DNA of 64,000 nucleotides, from assembly GCF_009914755.1 (NCBI RefSeq), contig NC_060930.1. One strand, given 5' to 3'. The translations under genes were made by a program, and so were the position numbers. The notes beneath the pieces were generated by a model. The model saw only the letters and a list, made by a program, of their open reading frames with translations, was not told where the DNA came from and did not search any database. Positions 53,759-64,000 of the stretch are shown here, one piece after another. The stretch comes from the human T2T-CHM13v2.0 reference genome, Homo sapiens. How positions within the stretch are numbered: the first letter of the stretch is position 1; each line of letters begins with the position of its first letter.

Positions 53759-53853
53759 CATTTCATCTATAACTGTGATTCTTTTTCCAGATAAGTGATA
53801 TTTTTTATAGCATTTCATCTGTAACTATGATTTTTTTTCCAGTTAAGTGGTAT
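53759..53853. repeat. Diverged tandem duplication, ~43-bp copies, period 52
   Basis: CATTTCATCTATAACTGTGATTCTTTTTCCAGATAAGTG vs CATTTCATCTGTAACTATGATTTTTTTTCCAGTTAAGTG. Confidence 0.85.
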
Positions 53854-53854
53854 G

Positions 53855-56712
53855 GCTGCTGGAAGTAGTTACCAAAGTTTAGTGGTTTGAAACAACACAA
53901 ATATGTTATCTCACCAATTTGTAGATTAGAGTCTGAAGTGGATCTCACTGTGGTAAAATCAAGGTATTGTCAGGGATGTCTTGTTTTGAAGGCTTTAGAA
54001 GAGAATTAGTTTTCTTGCAGTATCCAGCTTGTAGAGGAAGTTTCTTAGCCCCTTTTCTTCATCTTCAAACAGTATCACCAGACTGAGTCTTTCTGGCTGC
54101 CATCTTTTCATTTCTCTCTTCTGACTTTCCCTTCCAATTTTAAGAATCTCTGTGATTATATTGGTTCCATCTAGATAATGCAGGATAATTTTCCCATTTT
54201 AAGGTCAGCTGTTTGGCTACCTTAATTCTCATTTTCTTCCCCCTTGCCATGTGTATTCGTCCATTTTGACACTTCTATAAAGATACTACCTGAGACTGGG
54301 TAATTTATAAACAAAAGAAGTTTAATTGATTCACAGTTCTACAAGGCTGGGGAGCCCTCAGGAAACTTGCAATCATAGTGGAAGGCAAACGGGAAGCAAG
54401 GTATGTCTTACCTGGTGGCAGGAGAGAGAGCGTGTGGAGAAATTGCCCCCCTTAAAACTATCAGGTCTTATGAGAATCCCCTCACCATCATGAAAACAAC
54501 ATGTAGGAAACCACTCCTATTATTCAATCACCTTGAACTGGGTCCCTCCCTCAACATGTGGAAATTACAATTTAAGATGACATTTGGGTGAGGACAGAGA
54601 GCCATAGCATATTATTCCAACCCTGGACCCTCTCAAATATCATGTTCTTTTCACATTTAAAACCAATCATACCTTCCCAACAGTCTCCCAAAGTCTTAAC
54701 TCATTACAGCATTAACTCAAAAGTCCAAGTCCAAAGTCTCATCTAAGACAAGGCAAGTCCCTTCCACTTATGAATCTGTGAAATAAAAATAAAGTTAGTT
54801 ACTTCTCAGATACAGTGGTGATACAGGCATTGGATAACGTTTCCATTCCAAATCCAATAAATTGGTCAAGACAAATGGGCCACAGGCCCCCATGCAGGTC
54901 TGAAATCTGGCCAGGCAGTCATTAAATCTTAAAGCTCCAAAATGACCTCCTTTGACTCTATGTCTCACATCTAGGGCATGGTGATGCAAGAAGTGGGTTC
55001 TCATGGACTTGGGTGGCTCCACCCCTGTGGCTCTGCAGTGTATGAGCCTGACCCCGGCCCCTTTGACTGCTTTCACGGGCTGGTGTTGAGTGCCTGTGGC
55101 TTTTCCAGGCACACGGTGCAAGCTATTGGTGGATCTACCTTTCTGGTGTCTGGAGGATGTGGCCATCTTCTTACAGCTCCACTAGGCAGAGTCCCACTGG
55201 GGACTCTGTGCAGGGGCTCCAACCTCACATTTCCATTCTGCACTGCCGTAGCAGAGGTTCTTCACGAGGGCTCCACCCCTGCAGCAGACTTCTGCCTGGA
55301 CACCAAAGTGTTTCCGTACATCCTCTGAAATATAGGCAAAGCCTCCCAAAGCTCAAGTCTTCTCTTCTATGGATTAACAGGCCCAACACCAAGTGGAAGC
55401 CACCAGGGCTTGGGGCTTACACCTTCTGAAGCAACAGCCCAAACTGTACCTTGGCCCCTTTTAGCCATGGCTGAAGCTGTAGCAGCTGGGACACAGGGCA
55501 CAAAGTCCCAAAACTGTACAGAGCAGCAGGGCTCTGGGCCTGGCCCACAAAGCAATTTTTCCCTCCTAGGCCTACAGCCCTGTGATGGAAGGGCCTGCTG
55601 GGAATATCTCTGACATGACCTGGAGACATTTTCCCCATTGTCTTGGCTTTTACCATTCAGCTCCTTCTTACTCATGCAAATTTCTTCAGCTGTTTTTAAT
55701 TTCTCCTCAGAAAACGAGGTTTTCTTTTCTACACATGGTCAGGCTGCAAGTTTTCCAAACTTTTATGCTTTGCTTCCCTTTTAAATATAAAATCAAATTT
55801 CAAACCATCTCTTTGTGAATGAATATAACTGAACACTTTCAGAATAAGCTAAGTTACCTCTTAAACGCTTTGCTGCTTAGAAATTTCTTCTGCCAGACAC
55901 CCTAAATCATCTCTCTAAAGTTCAAAGTTCCACAGATCTCTAGGAAAGGGGCAAAATGCCGCCAATCTCTTTGCCATAGCATGGCATGAGTAACGTTTAT
56001 TCCAGTTCCCAATAAGTTCCCCATCTCCATCTGAAGCCTCCTCAGCCTGGACTTCATTGTCCATATAATTATCAGCATTTTGGTCAAAATCACTTGACAA
56101 GTCTCTAGGAAGTTCCAAACTTTCCCTCATCTTCCTATCTTCTTCTGAGCCCTCCAAAATGTTGCAACCTCAGCCTTCTACTCAGCTCCAGAGTCACTTC
56201 CACATTTTCAGATTATCTTTATAACAGTACCACACTCTGCTGAAAGCAATTATTTGTATCAGCCCATTTTCACACTGCTATAAAGATACTACCTGAGACT
56301 GGGTAACTCATAAACAGAAGAGGATTAATTGACTCACAGTTCACTATGGCTGGAGAGGCCTCAGGAAACTTACAATTATGGTTGAAAGCGAAGGGAAAGC
56401 AAGGCACGTCTTACATGGTGGCAGGAGAGAGAGAGCACACTGGGGAAGCAGTGATCCTTAGAACCATGAGATCTCATGAGAATTCCCTCACCATCACAAG
56501 TACAGCGTGGGGAAAACTGCCCCCACGGTCCAATCACCTCCTACAAGGTCCCTCTATTGACACTTGGGAATTACAATTTGAGATGAGATTTGGGTGAAAA
56601 CACAGAGCCCAAACCATGTCAACATGTAATTTATCATATTCACAGGTTTCAGGAATTAGAACACGAGCACTATTGGTGGATGAAGGGAAGTGTTCTTATT
56701 CTGACTGTTACA
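53855..56712 (-). mobile_element. MLT1C/D LTR split by the THE1D provirus (halves 53855-54251 and 56622-56712)
   Basis: GTGGTTTGAAACAACACAAAT...AAAATCAAGGT...GATAATGCAGGATAAT...CCCTTGCCATG | TAA...ATATTCACAGGTTTCAGGAATTAG. Confidence 0.8.
54252..56621 (-). mobile_element. Complete THE1D MaLR provirus (LTR 54252-54614, internal 54615-56254, LTR 56255-56621)
   Basis: Two ~365-bp direct LTRs, an internal MaLR ORF remnant (EGSEEDRKMRESLELPRDL...RLAAFCPFPRDLWNFEL) and TSD CCATG/ACATG. Confidence 0.93.
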
Positions 56713-57049
56713 AGTGTACTGTAGAGCATATTCAAGTAGGGGCAACAGCTTATTAAAATGGCTTTAGCTAATGATATTGACCACAGTTAACCTTGTGACT
56801 TCTCAGCTGCTTGGGTTTTTTTTGCTGTTGTTATTGTTTATTTATTTTTATGAAAAAATTTTCACTATTAGGCCAATACGAAGTTTCTGTTTTTGTTGTT
56901 TGAAAATGTAAATCTCTACTTATTAATTTAATTTTTTTCCTGTTCTGGGTTAGAGGTGGAAGCAGCAAATTTAACATGTGCTTAAATGTAAGAATTAGAA
57001 GAATAAAAAGAAGAATTTATACCCATAAACCACTAGATTAGAAGCAAAC

Positions 57050-58800
57050 ACAGTTTATATAAAAAATATTCAGAAAAGGAAACAAGGAAGAATAAAAAGA
57101 TATGAAAAAGAATACAGTCTCAAGACCAAATATATCAACTGTAACAATATAAGAGTTACATTATTGATACAGGAAGATTTTTAAACTGAGTCAAAAAAGA
57201 AAAAAAATCTATTTTCATGAGGCAATGAAGGAATCATTTAAAACAATAAAAAGTATCTAGGTTGAAATAAAAGAATTTAAAATGTTGCACAAATGCAAAA
57301 AGAAAAGCAGAAATCACAATATTAATATCAGACAAGGTAAATTAGGAATAAAAATGCAATAAATAAAAATATTTTTAAAAGTTTAATTATACGTGTTCTG
57401 CTTTGTAGAATTTGAGATTTTATTTATAGTGTAAACAGAGTTGTTAATTTTCCACTTCTTGTTTAAGAATATATATTAAGTCTCTTCAGATTAAAATTAT
57501 CTTGTATTACATATTATATTAAAACTGTAAAGCTGTATGTACTTCAGAGATCAAGTAAAAGAAAAGGAAAGATTTTAAAAGATTTTAATGATATAAAGGT
57601 TGATACTAATGTAATACAAGGTGATTTTAATCCACAAAATATAATATATATCTCACACGATGAAATTCTAACAAAACTGATTTGAGCCATACATAGGACC
57701 TCAAATTCTGCAAAGTAGAATACAGTTCACATTCTCTGACTGAAAGCACATATATAAAAATTAATTAAACCACTTATATATATTTTAAAGTACTCATTGT
57801 AAAATTCTGAAAGAAGAAAATAATGGAATTTGAGTTTTTCAAAAGGAACAGAAATAGAAATACTATTCATCAAAACATATAAAATATTGCCAAAGTTTTC
57901 TCAAAAGCAAATTCATAACTGAATATTTTAGCAAATAAAATATGGAAAGAAATTTAAACCTTGAGCACTAGAAAGCAAGTGAAAAATAAACATAAATTTA
58001 AAATGCAACAGATTAAAAGATACCAAAAGTTAGAAAATTCCAAAAATGTAAAGTGGGGAAATTAAAAAACTTCTTTTCTTGTAGTGGTATAGAATCAGAA
58101 AGCTTTTAGAAGGACCAAATTCAAAATTTGCTCTAAGAAAGTAAAATTAAAAATATGAGATTAAAAATTATTTTTAAATCAATTTAAAACTTGTTATAAT
58201 AGATTAATTTTTTTAAAATGTTAATGATCATATTTGGGTTTTAAAAAATACAAAAATCCCTGAAGAGAACTGAAAAGTTTTCAAATAATTACCTCTAAAA
58301 CAATATACAAAGCTCTTTTAATGTTTTTATTAGAAGTAGATTCTTGCTATGTTGTCCATGCTAAACTTGAACCCCTGGGCTCAAGCAATCCTCCCACTCC
58401 AGCCTCCCAAGTAGCTAGGTCTACAGGGACACAACATTATGCCCAGCTTCAATTTTTGAAATACATGAATCACCGTATTTTATTGTTAATAGTGTAGTAA
58501 AGCATGGAAGGAAGTTGTCATACTGACAAGAAAAATTTATGAAAGTTACATGAAAATAGGTCTGTATATTTTAAGGAAATAATTAATCATAAATCAAATA
58601 TGAGCCAATAACCACAAACCCATATATTAAAACATAATGCATCACTTCCAATTAGGTTCCTTTCCAAAATGTATTTTTCAAATTAATAAAATGTGATAAT
58701 CTTGGTTTATGTTGAAAGCTTTTTGACATAATTTAATATCCATTTAAAATTAATTTCTGACTAAAATAACAAAAAATTATAGTAAATAAGAAATAAAAGG
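57050..58800 (+). mobile_element. Highly decayed L1M ORF2
   Basis: A-rich text with landmarks GCAGAAATCACAATATTAATATCAGACAAGG and CACATTCTCTGAC. Confidence 0.5.
58323..58448 (-). mobile_element. FLAM (free left Alu monomer)
   Basis: TCTTGCTATGTTGTCCATGCT...CTGGGCTCAAGCAATCCTCCCA...TGCCCAGCT; single monomer. Confidence 0.85.
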
Positions 58801-58916
58801 ATACACACACATACATAATAAGGGAAAATAAGGATATACATTTTATTATATCTTTATATCTACTTTAAGCTACATGCCTATATTATTATTAATAAAGAAT
58901 TATTAAAATTATTTCA

Positions 58917-59640
58917 GAGAGAAGAGGACCCTTCTACACTGTTGTTAGGATTGTAGATTGGTGCAGACATTAAGAAGAACATACAGGTTTCCAAAGAAAT
59001 TACAAATAGAACTATCAAATGACTTAGCAATCCTGCTTCTGGGCACATACCCAAGGAAATGAAATCACCGTCTCATAAAGATATATGCACTCCCATGTTC
59101 ATTTAGACTTTATTTACAATAGCCAAGATATCAAAACAAACTAAGCGTCTATTGACAGATGAATGGACAAAGAAAGTATGATGTGAAATAATATCATAGT
59201 GGAATAATATTTAGCCTTTAAAATGAAAGAAATTGTGCCATTTTGCCATAACACAGATGAAGCTGGAGGACATTAAACTAGGTAAAATAAGCCAGACATA
59301 GAAAAAAATGCATAATCTCACTTATATGTGGAGTGTATTAAAAAAGTTAGATATACAGAGATAGACAATAAAATAGTGGTTACCAGGCGTGGGGGGAGAG
59401 AGGAGGAAATGGGGAGATGTGGGTCAGAGGATACAAAGTAGAGTAGCAGATATGTAGGATGAAGAAATCTAGAGATCTATTATACAATATGAGAACTACA
59501 GGTCATACAATTCTACTGTATTTGGGATTCCTGCTAAATGAGTAGATTTTAGCTGCTCTTAAAAAAAAGAGACATATGTATTAACTTGCTTCACTATAGT
59601 AACCATTTCATTATCTGTATGTATCCCATAACATCATGTA
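58917..59640 (+). mobile_element. L1MA6-like 3' end
   Basis: GGATACAAAGTAG...CAGATATGTAGGATGAAGAAATCTAGAGATCT...GCTAAATGAGTAGATTTTAGCTGCTC. Confidence 0.8.
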
Positions 59641-59641
59641 C

Positions 59642-60574
59642 TTTTTTTTTTATTACTATACTTTAACTTCGGGGGTACATGTGCAGAATGTGCAGGTTTG
59701 TTACATAGGTATGTATGCATGTGCCATGTTGCTTTGCTGCACCCATCAACTCATGATCTACATTAGGTGTTTCTCCCAATGCTATCCCTCCCACTGCCCC
59801 CCACCCCCTGACAGGCCCCAGTGTGTGATGTTCCCCTCCCAATGTCCATGCGTTCTCATTGTTCAACTCCTACTTATGAATGAGAACATGAGGTGTTTGG
59901 TTTTCTGTTCCTATGTTAGTTTGCTGAGAATGACGGTTTCCAGCTTCATCCATGTCCCTGCGAAGGACATGAACTCATCCTTTCTTATGGCTGCATAGTA
60001 TTCCGTGGTGTTTATGTGCCACGTTTTCTTTATCCAGTCTATCATTGATGGGCATTTGGGTTGGTTCCAAGTCTTTGCTATTGTGAACAGTGCTGCAATA
60101 AACATACATGTGCATGTGTCTTTATAGTAGAATGGTTTATATTCCTTTGGGTATATCCCAGTAATGGGATTGCTGAGTTAAATGGTATTTCTAGTTCTAG
60201 ATGCTTGAGGAATTGCCACACTGTCTTCCACAATGGTTGAACTAATTTACACTTCCACCAACAGTGTAAAAGTGTTCCTATTTCTCCACATCCTCTCCAG
60301 CATCTGTTGTTTCCTGACTTTTTAATGATTGCCATTCTAACTGGTGAGAGATAGTATCTCATTGTGGTTTTGATTTGCATTTCTCTAATGACCAGTGCTG
60401 ATGAGCATTTTTTCATATGTTTGCTGGCTGCATAAATGTCTTCTCTTGAGAAGCGTCTGTTCATATCCTTCACCCACTTTTTGATGGGGTTGTTTTTTTC
60501 TTGTAAATTTGTTTAAGTTCTTTGTAGATTCTGGATATTAGCCCTTTGTCATATAGATAGATTGCAAAAATTTT
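59642..60574 (-). mobile_element. L1PA7/8-like 3' fragment (~930 bp)
   Basis: ORF2 C-terminus (HMKKCSSALVIREMQIKTTMRY...[17 protein letters not shown]) plus 3'UTR and tail. Confidence 0.92.
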
Positions 60575-60589
60575 AAAAAGTCCTCTCAA

Positions 60590-61270
60590 TTAAGAAAAGA
60601 TAGGGATTCCAAAAGTCAACACTATTTCTTTGACATTGTGCTCCAAGTTAGTTTATATAATAAAATAAGAAAATAGATGAACAACAACTAGCTCATAAAA
60701 CAGAAAAAGAGAGAATGAAAAGAAAGGAAAATAAAGTGTTGTCTCTATTTCTATGATTTTGCAAAGCCAAAAACATTAACTAATAAATGTATTAGAAAAG
60801 ATAAATTGAAATGGTCACCTAATACATTTCTGTATCCAAACTGAAAATTAAAGGATCACATTTTAAACAGCAGCCAAAACTATACCTGTAAATAAACTTA
60901 AGTGGAAATGTGTGTCGAAGAGGAAAGCAAAAAAAGTCTTACCAATAAATATATAAATACTTACAAAAATGGATATACTTTCTATATTCTCATAGTGGAA
61001 AACTGAATAAAGATGTAAATTTTTCTCAAATTAGCTTATGCATAATGCAAATCCAATTATTATCCAAAGAGATTTTCAGAACTTTATTTGATTCTAAAAA
61101 TTGAATAGAAGAGAAAAAGAACGGTTATATCCAAAATGTTCAAAATATGACACAATTATAAAGGGGGATTTGTGTGACTAGATATCAAATATAAAATGCA
61201 TACCTATAATAATTTTAAAAAGGGATCAGTTATGTGAATAGATGATTCCTGGAAGAGTAAATTCAGACAT
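60590..61270 (+). mobile_element. Decayed L1M ORF2 (RT/C-terminal region)
   Basis: AATACATTTCTGTATCC, TTCTCAAATTAGCTTATGCATAATGCAAATCCAAT and TTGATTCTAAAAATTGAATAGAA landmarks. Confidence 0.5.
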
Positions 61271-61344
61271 GAACCTAAAAGTCATCTTCCGATGAGTGTT
61301 ATTCTAACGATGCTATTTAATGTTGGGACTCATCTATGTCTTCT

Positions 61345-61505
61345 TTTTCATCATTTAATAAATTATTTAAGTTCCTTGTTTATGGTCTGTTTCCATCCAT
61401 TACCACGTAAAGATCTACAAAATAGGGTTTTTGGTCTTTGTTCACTAATATACTTGAACAATACTTTGAGCATAACAAGTACCTAACAAAGATGTATTAA
61501 ATTAA
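61345..61505 (+). mobile_element. L2 3' fragment
   Basis: TTGTTTATGGTCTGTTTCC...GTAAAGATCTAC...GTCTTTGTTCACT. Confidence 0.55.
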
Positions 61506-62579
61506 TTATTACTTCAAACTTAGGGAAAAGGAGTAATTCATAAATAGTGCTGGCACATTTGATTGGCATTTGATGAGACATTGAAATATGCCAAAAAATC
61601 TAAAATATAAGTACAACCAGTTCACACTATACATAACACTATTAATGTACTAAATAATGGAATGGATCAAACTAAATATAAAAATATACTAAAAGAAAAT
61701 TATTTTTAAAATATCCACAAAAGATTGAATTCCTATTATGTTTAAAAGTGCTCATTTAGAGAGCCCAGCTTAGAAACACAGTGATCCATGCCACCATTAG
61801 TAAAATTTCCAAGTTGTTGCAGAACTGTGACTCTGGTTACTAACATATTTTCCTTCTATTTTATGCTTTTTATTTAATATTTTTGCATTTTTATCATTAA
61901 ACCTTGATGTTTTGCAAAAATTTATATGAATTACTAGACAAAATATATTTGATGAGAGGGAATAATACATGGCTTTTCATTACTGGCCATAACAGCGTAA
62001 CTAGTACTGAAGTTAGCCCTATGCTTTTAATAAAAATAAAGCTAAATATATAATAATACAATTTTCAGACATTGGATAGCATACAGTATAGGACCATGAT
62101 CCCTGACAAATGGGAACTGCAAGTGATGAGATCCACTGTTGATCTAGCTTTGTGACTGAGCACAATGTAGGCACTGTCTGGGCATATGTGTGGAAAGATA
62201 GGGTCAAAACTAAACTCAGAAGCATAGTGCTTTCACTGAACTTTGGAGGCAAACACTGGAGTTTGATGATACTTGGACTGCTGATATTTGTTAGGTAGGC
62301 TATTAAAGAAAAGTGAGCTGTGCAGGAATACATTTCCCCAAACCTGCGTAAGTACTCCATCAACTATCTGCCAGAATACAATGCAGAACATGGCTAGAGT
62401 GAAATTTTACAACACCTGGCACAGAACACCTGCTGGAAACCTGTGAACTGAATGGAGCTTGGAGATTTCACAGTAACAGGAGGCACACCTTTCTACAAAA
62501 TAAGTGAATGTCAGAAAAAAACACAGTACTCATTAAAGAAAGAATACAAAATACAGACCTTCAGCTATGTAGAATCCAC

Positions 62580-63540
62580 AATGTCCAGCAAACAATAAAG
62601 TATTACTAGTACTGAAAAAAAAAAAACAAAAAACCAAAAAATGTTTCCTCCGACCAAGAAAACAGCACGTAATAGAAAGGACTTTGACAAACCCAGACAT
62701 TGAAATTAGCAAACACAGGCAAACAACAACAACAAGAACAAAAATGTGTAAAAGCAACTGTTATAAAGTCACATCAAAGCCATAAGTCACATCTTTAAAA
62801 GAAAATGTAGTCATAATGAATAAATGGATAGGAAATTTTGTCAGAGAAGTGGAAGCTATTAAAGAAAACTAAATTGAAGTTTTTGACATGAAATTGAGTC
62901 TACTGAAAGGACTTAACAGTAACTTTAGAGTAGCAGAAAAAAGAGTTGGTAAATTTAAGAGGACAATAGAAATTATGCAATCTGAGGAACAGTTTGGGTA
63001 AACAAAAATAGAAAAAAAAAACCCAAAGTCTTAATGACCTGGGGCAATAACAAATAATCTAATATAAGGGGAATTAGAGTCCTAGAAAAAAAAACAGAAA
63101 AATGTTTGAAGAAATAATGGTACCATGTTTTCCAATTTGGCAAACAACAGCTTAGAGATCCAAAAGCTTCATCAACTTTAAACAGAATAATAAATAAGTA
63201 ATATTAAAACTGATTAGAATGAAAGGTAAATTGAAGATCTTGGAAATATTCAGAGAAAATAACACACAACATAAAGGAAATAGCTATGCAAAAGGTATCA
63301 GGCTTCTCATCAAAGAAAATTAAAGGGAAAAAGAGGAGGGAACATTGTTCAACACATAACTGTCAACCCAAAATTCTATATGCAGTGAAAATGTTCAAAA
63401 GCAAAGGCAAAATAAATACATTTTTTATATAAACAAAAACTAAGAAAAAACATTGTCAACAGGTCTTTTTTAATAAGAAATGCTAAAGAAAGGTTCCTCA
63501 AGCTGAAGCAAATTGACAAAAGATGGAAACTCTAAAGAGT
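62580..63540 (+). mobile_element. Old L1M ORF1 region
   Basis: GAATTAGAGTCCTAGAA, TTTGAAGAAATAATGG and AACTGTCAACCCAAATTCTATATGCAGTGAAA are ORF1 landmarks. Confidence 0.65.
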
Positions 63541-63639
63541 TGGTAAATCCCAAAAAAGTACACAAAGCACAAATAACAAAAATTATATATTCCCTTTTAA
63601 ATTTTAAAAGTAAAATTTTGTTTTAAAAGCAAAATTATT

Positions 63640-64000
63640 ATTATTTTTTAATTTTACTGTAAGTTCCAAGAAACATGTGCAGAATGTGCTGGTTTGTTAC
63701 ATAGATATTCATGTGCCATGGTGGTTTGCTGCACCTATCAACCTGTCATCTAGGTTTTCAGCCCTGCATGCATTAGCTATTTGTCTTAATGCTCTCCCTC
63801 CTCCAGCCTCCCACCCCGCCCCCCAACAGGCCCTCCCTGCTATGTGTTGTTTCCTTCCCTGTGTCCATGTGTTCTCATTGTTCAACTCCTACTTAAGAGT
63901 GAGAATACACGGTGTTTGGTTTTCTGTTCCTGTGTTAGTTTGCTGAGGATGATGGCTTCCAGCTTCATCCATGTCCTACAAAGGACATGATCTCATTCCT
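63640..64000 (-). mobile_element. L1PA8/10-like 3' end, runs off the right edge
   Basis: CATGTGCAGAATGTGC...CAGCCCTGCATGCATTAG...AAGGACATGATCTCATTCC. Confidence 0.92.

Overview
This is AT-rich, CpG-poor primate (human-like) genomic DNA, either intronic or intergenic, with no recognisable host protein-coding exon, tRNA or rRNA. The ends (1-25 kb and 51.5-64 kb) are dominated by transposable elements. These include the 5' end of a young L1PA3/4, a ~5.5 kb L1PA14-like element, several L1PA/L1M 3' fragments, Hsmar2, a near-complete Tigger1, Tigger3c, MER96B, an LTR16A/ERVL relic, a THE1 solo LTR, a complete THE1D provirus nested in an MLT1 LTR, L2s, MIRs and nine Alu/FLAM copies. The middle (25-51 kb) is mostly unique sequence with several enhancer-like motif clusters and a few plausible plus-strand non-coding exons. 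Nearly all ORFs in the supplied track are repeat-derived or chance. The most notable signals are: (i) an intact, C-terminally extended L1 ORF0 in an L1 that keeps the 129-bp ZNF93 target; (ii) a complex template-switch rearrangement at 2.55-3.29 kb (54-bp inverted duplication plus a 30-bp insert copied from ~650 bp away); (iii) two internally inverted L1s; (iv) an AluY with three clustered deletions; (v) CpG-retaining motif islands. I found no convincing new biological system. Subfamily names come from recalled consensus sequences, and boundaries of old repeats are approximate.
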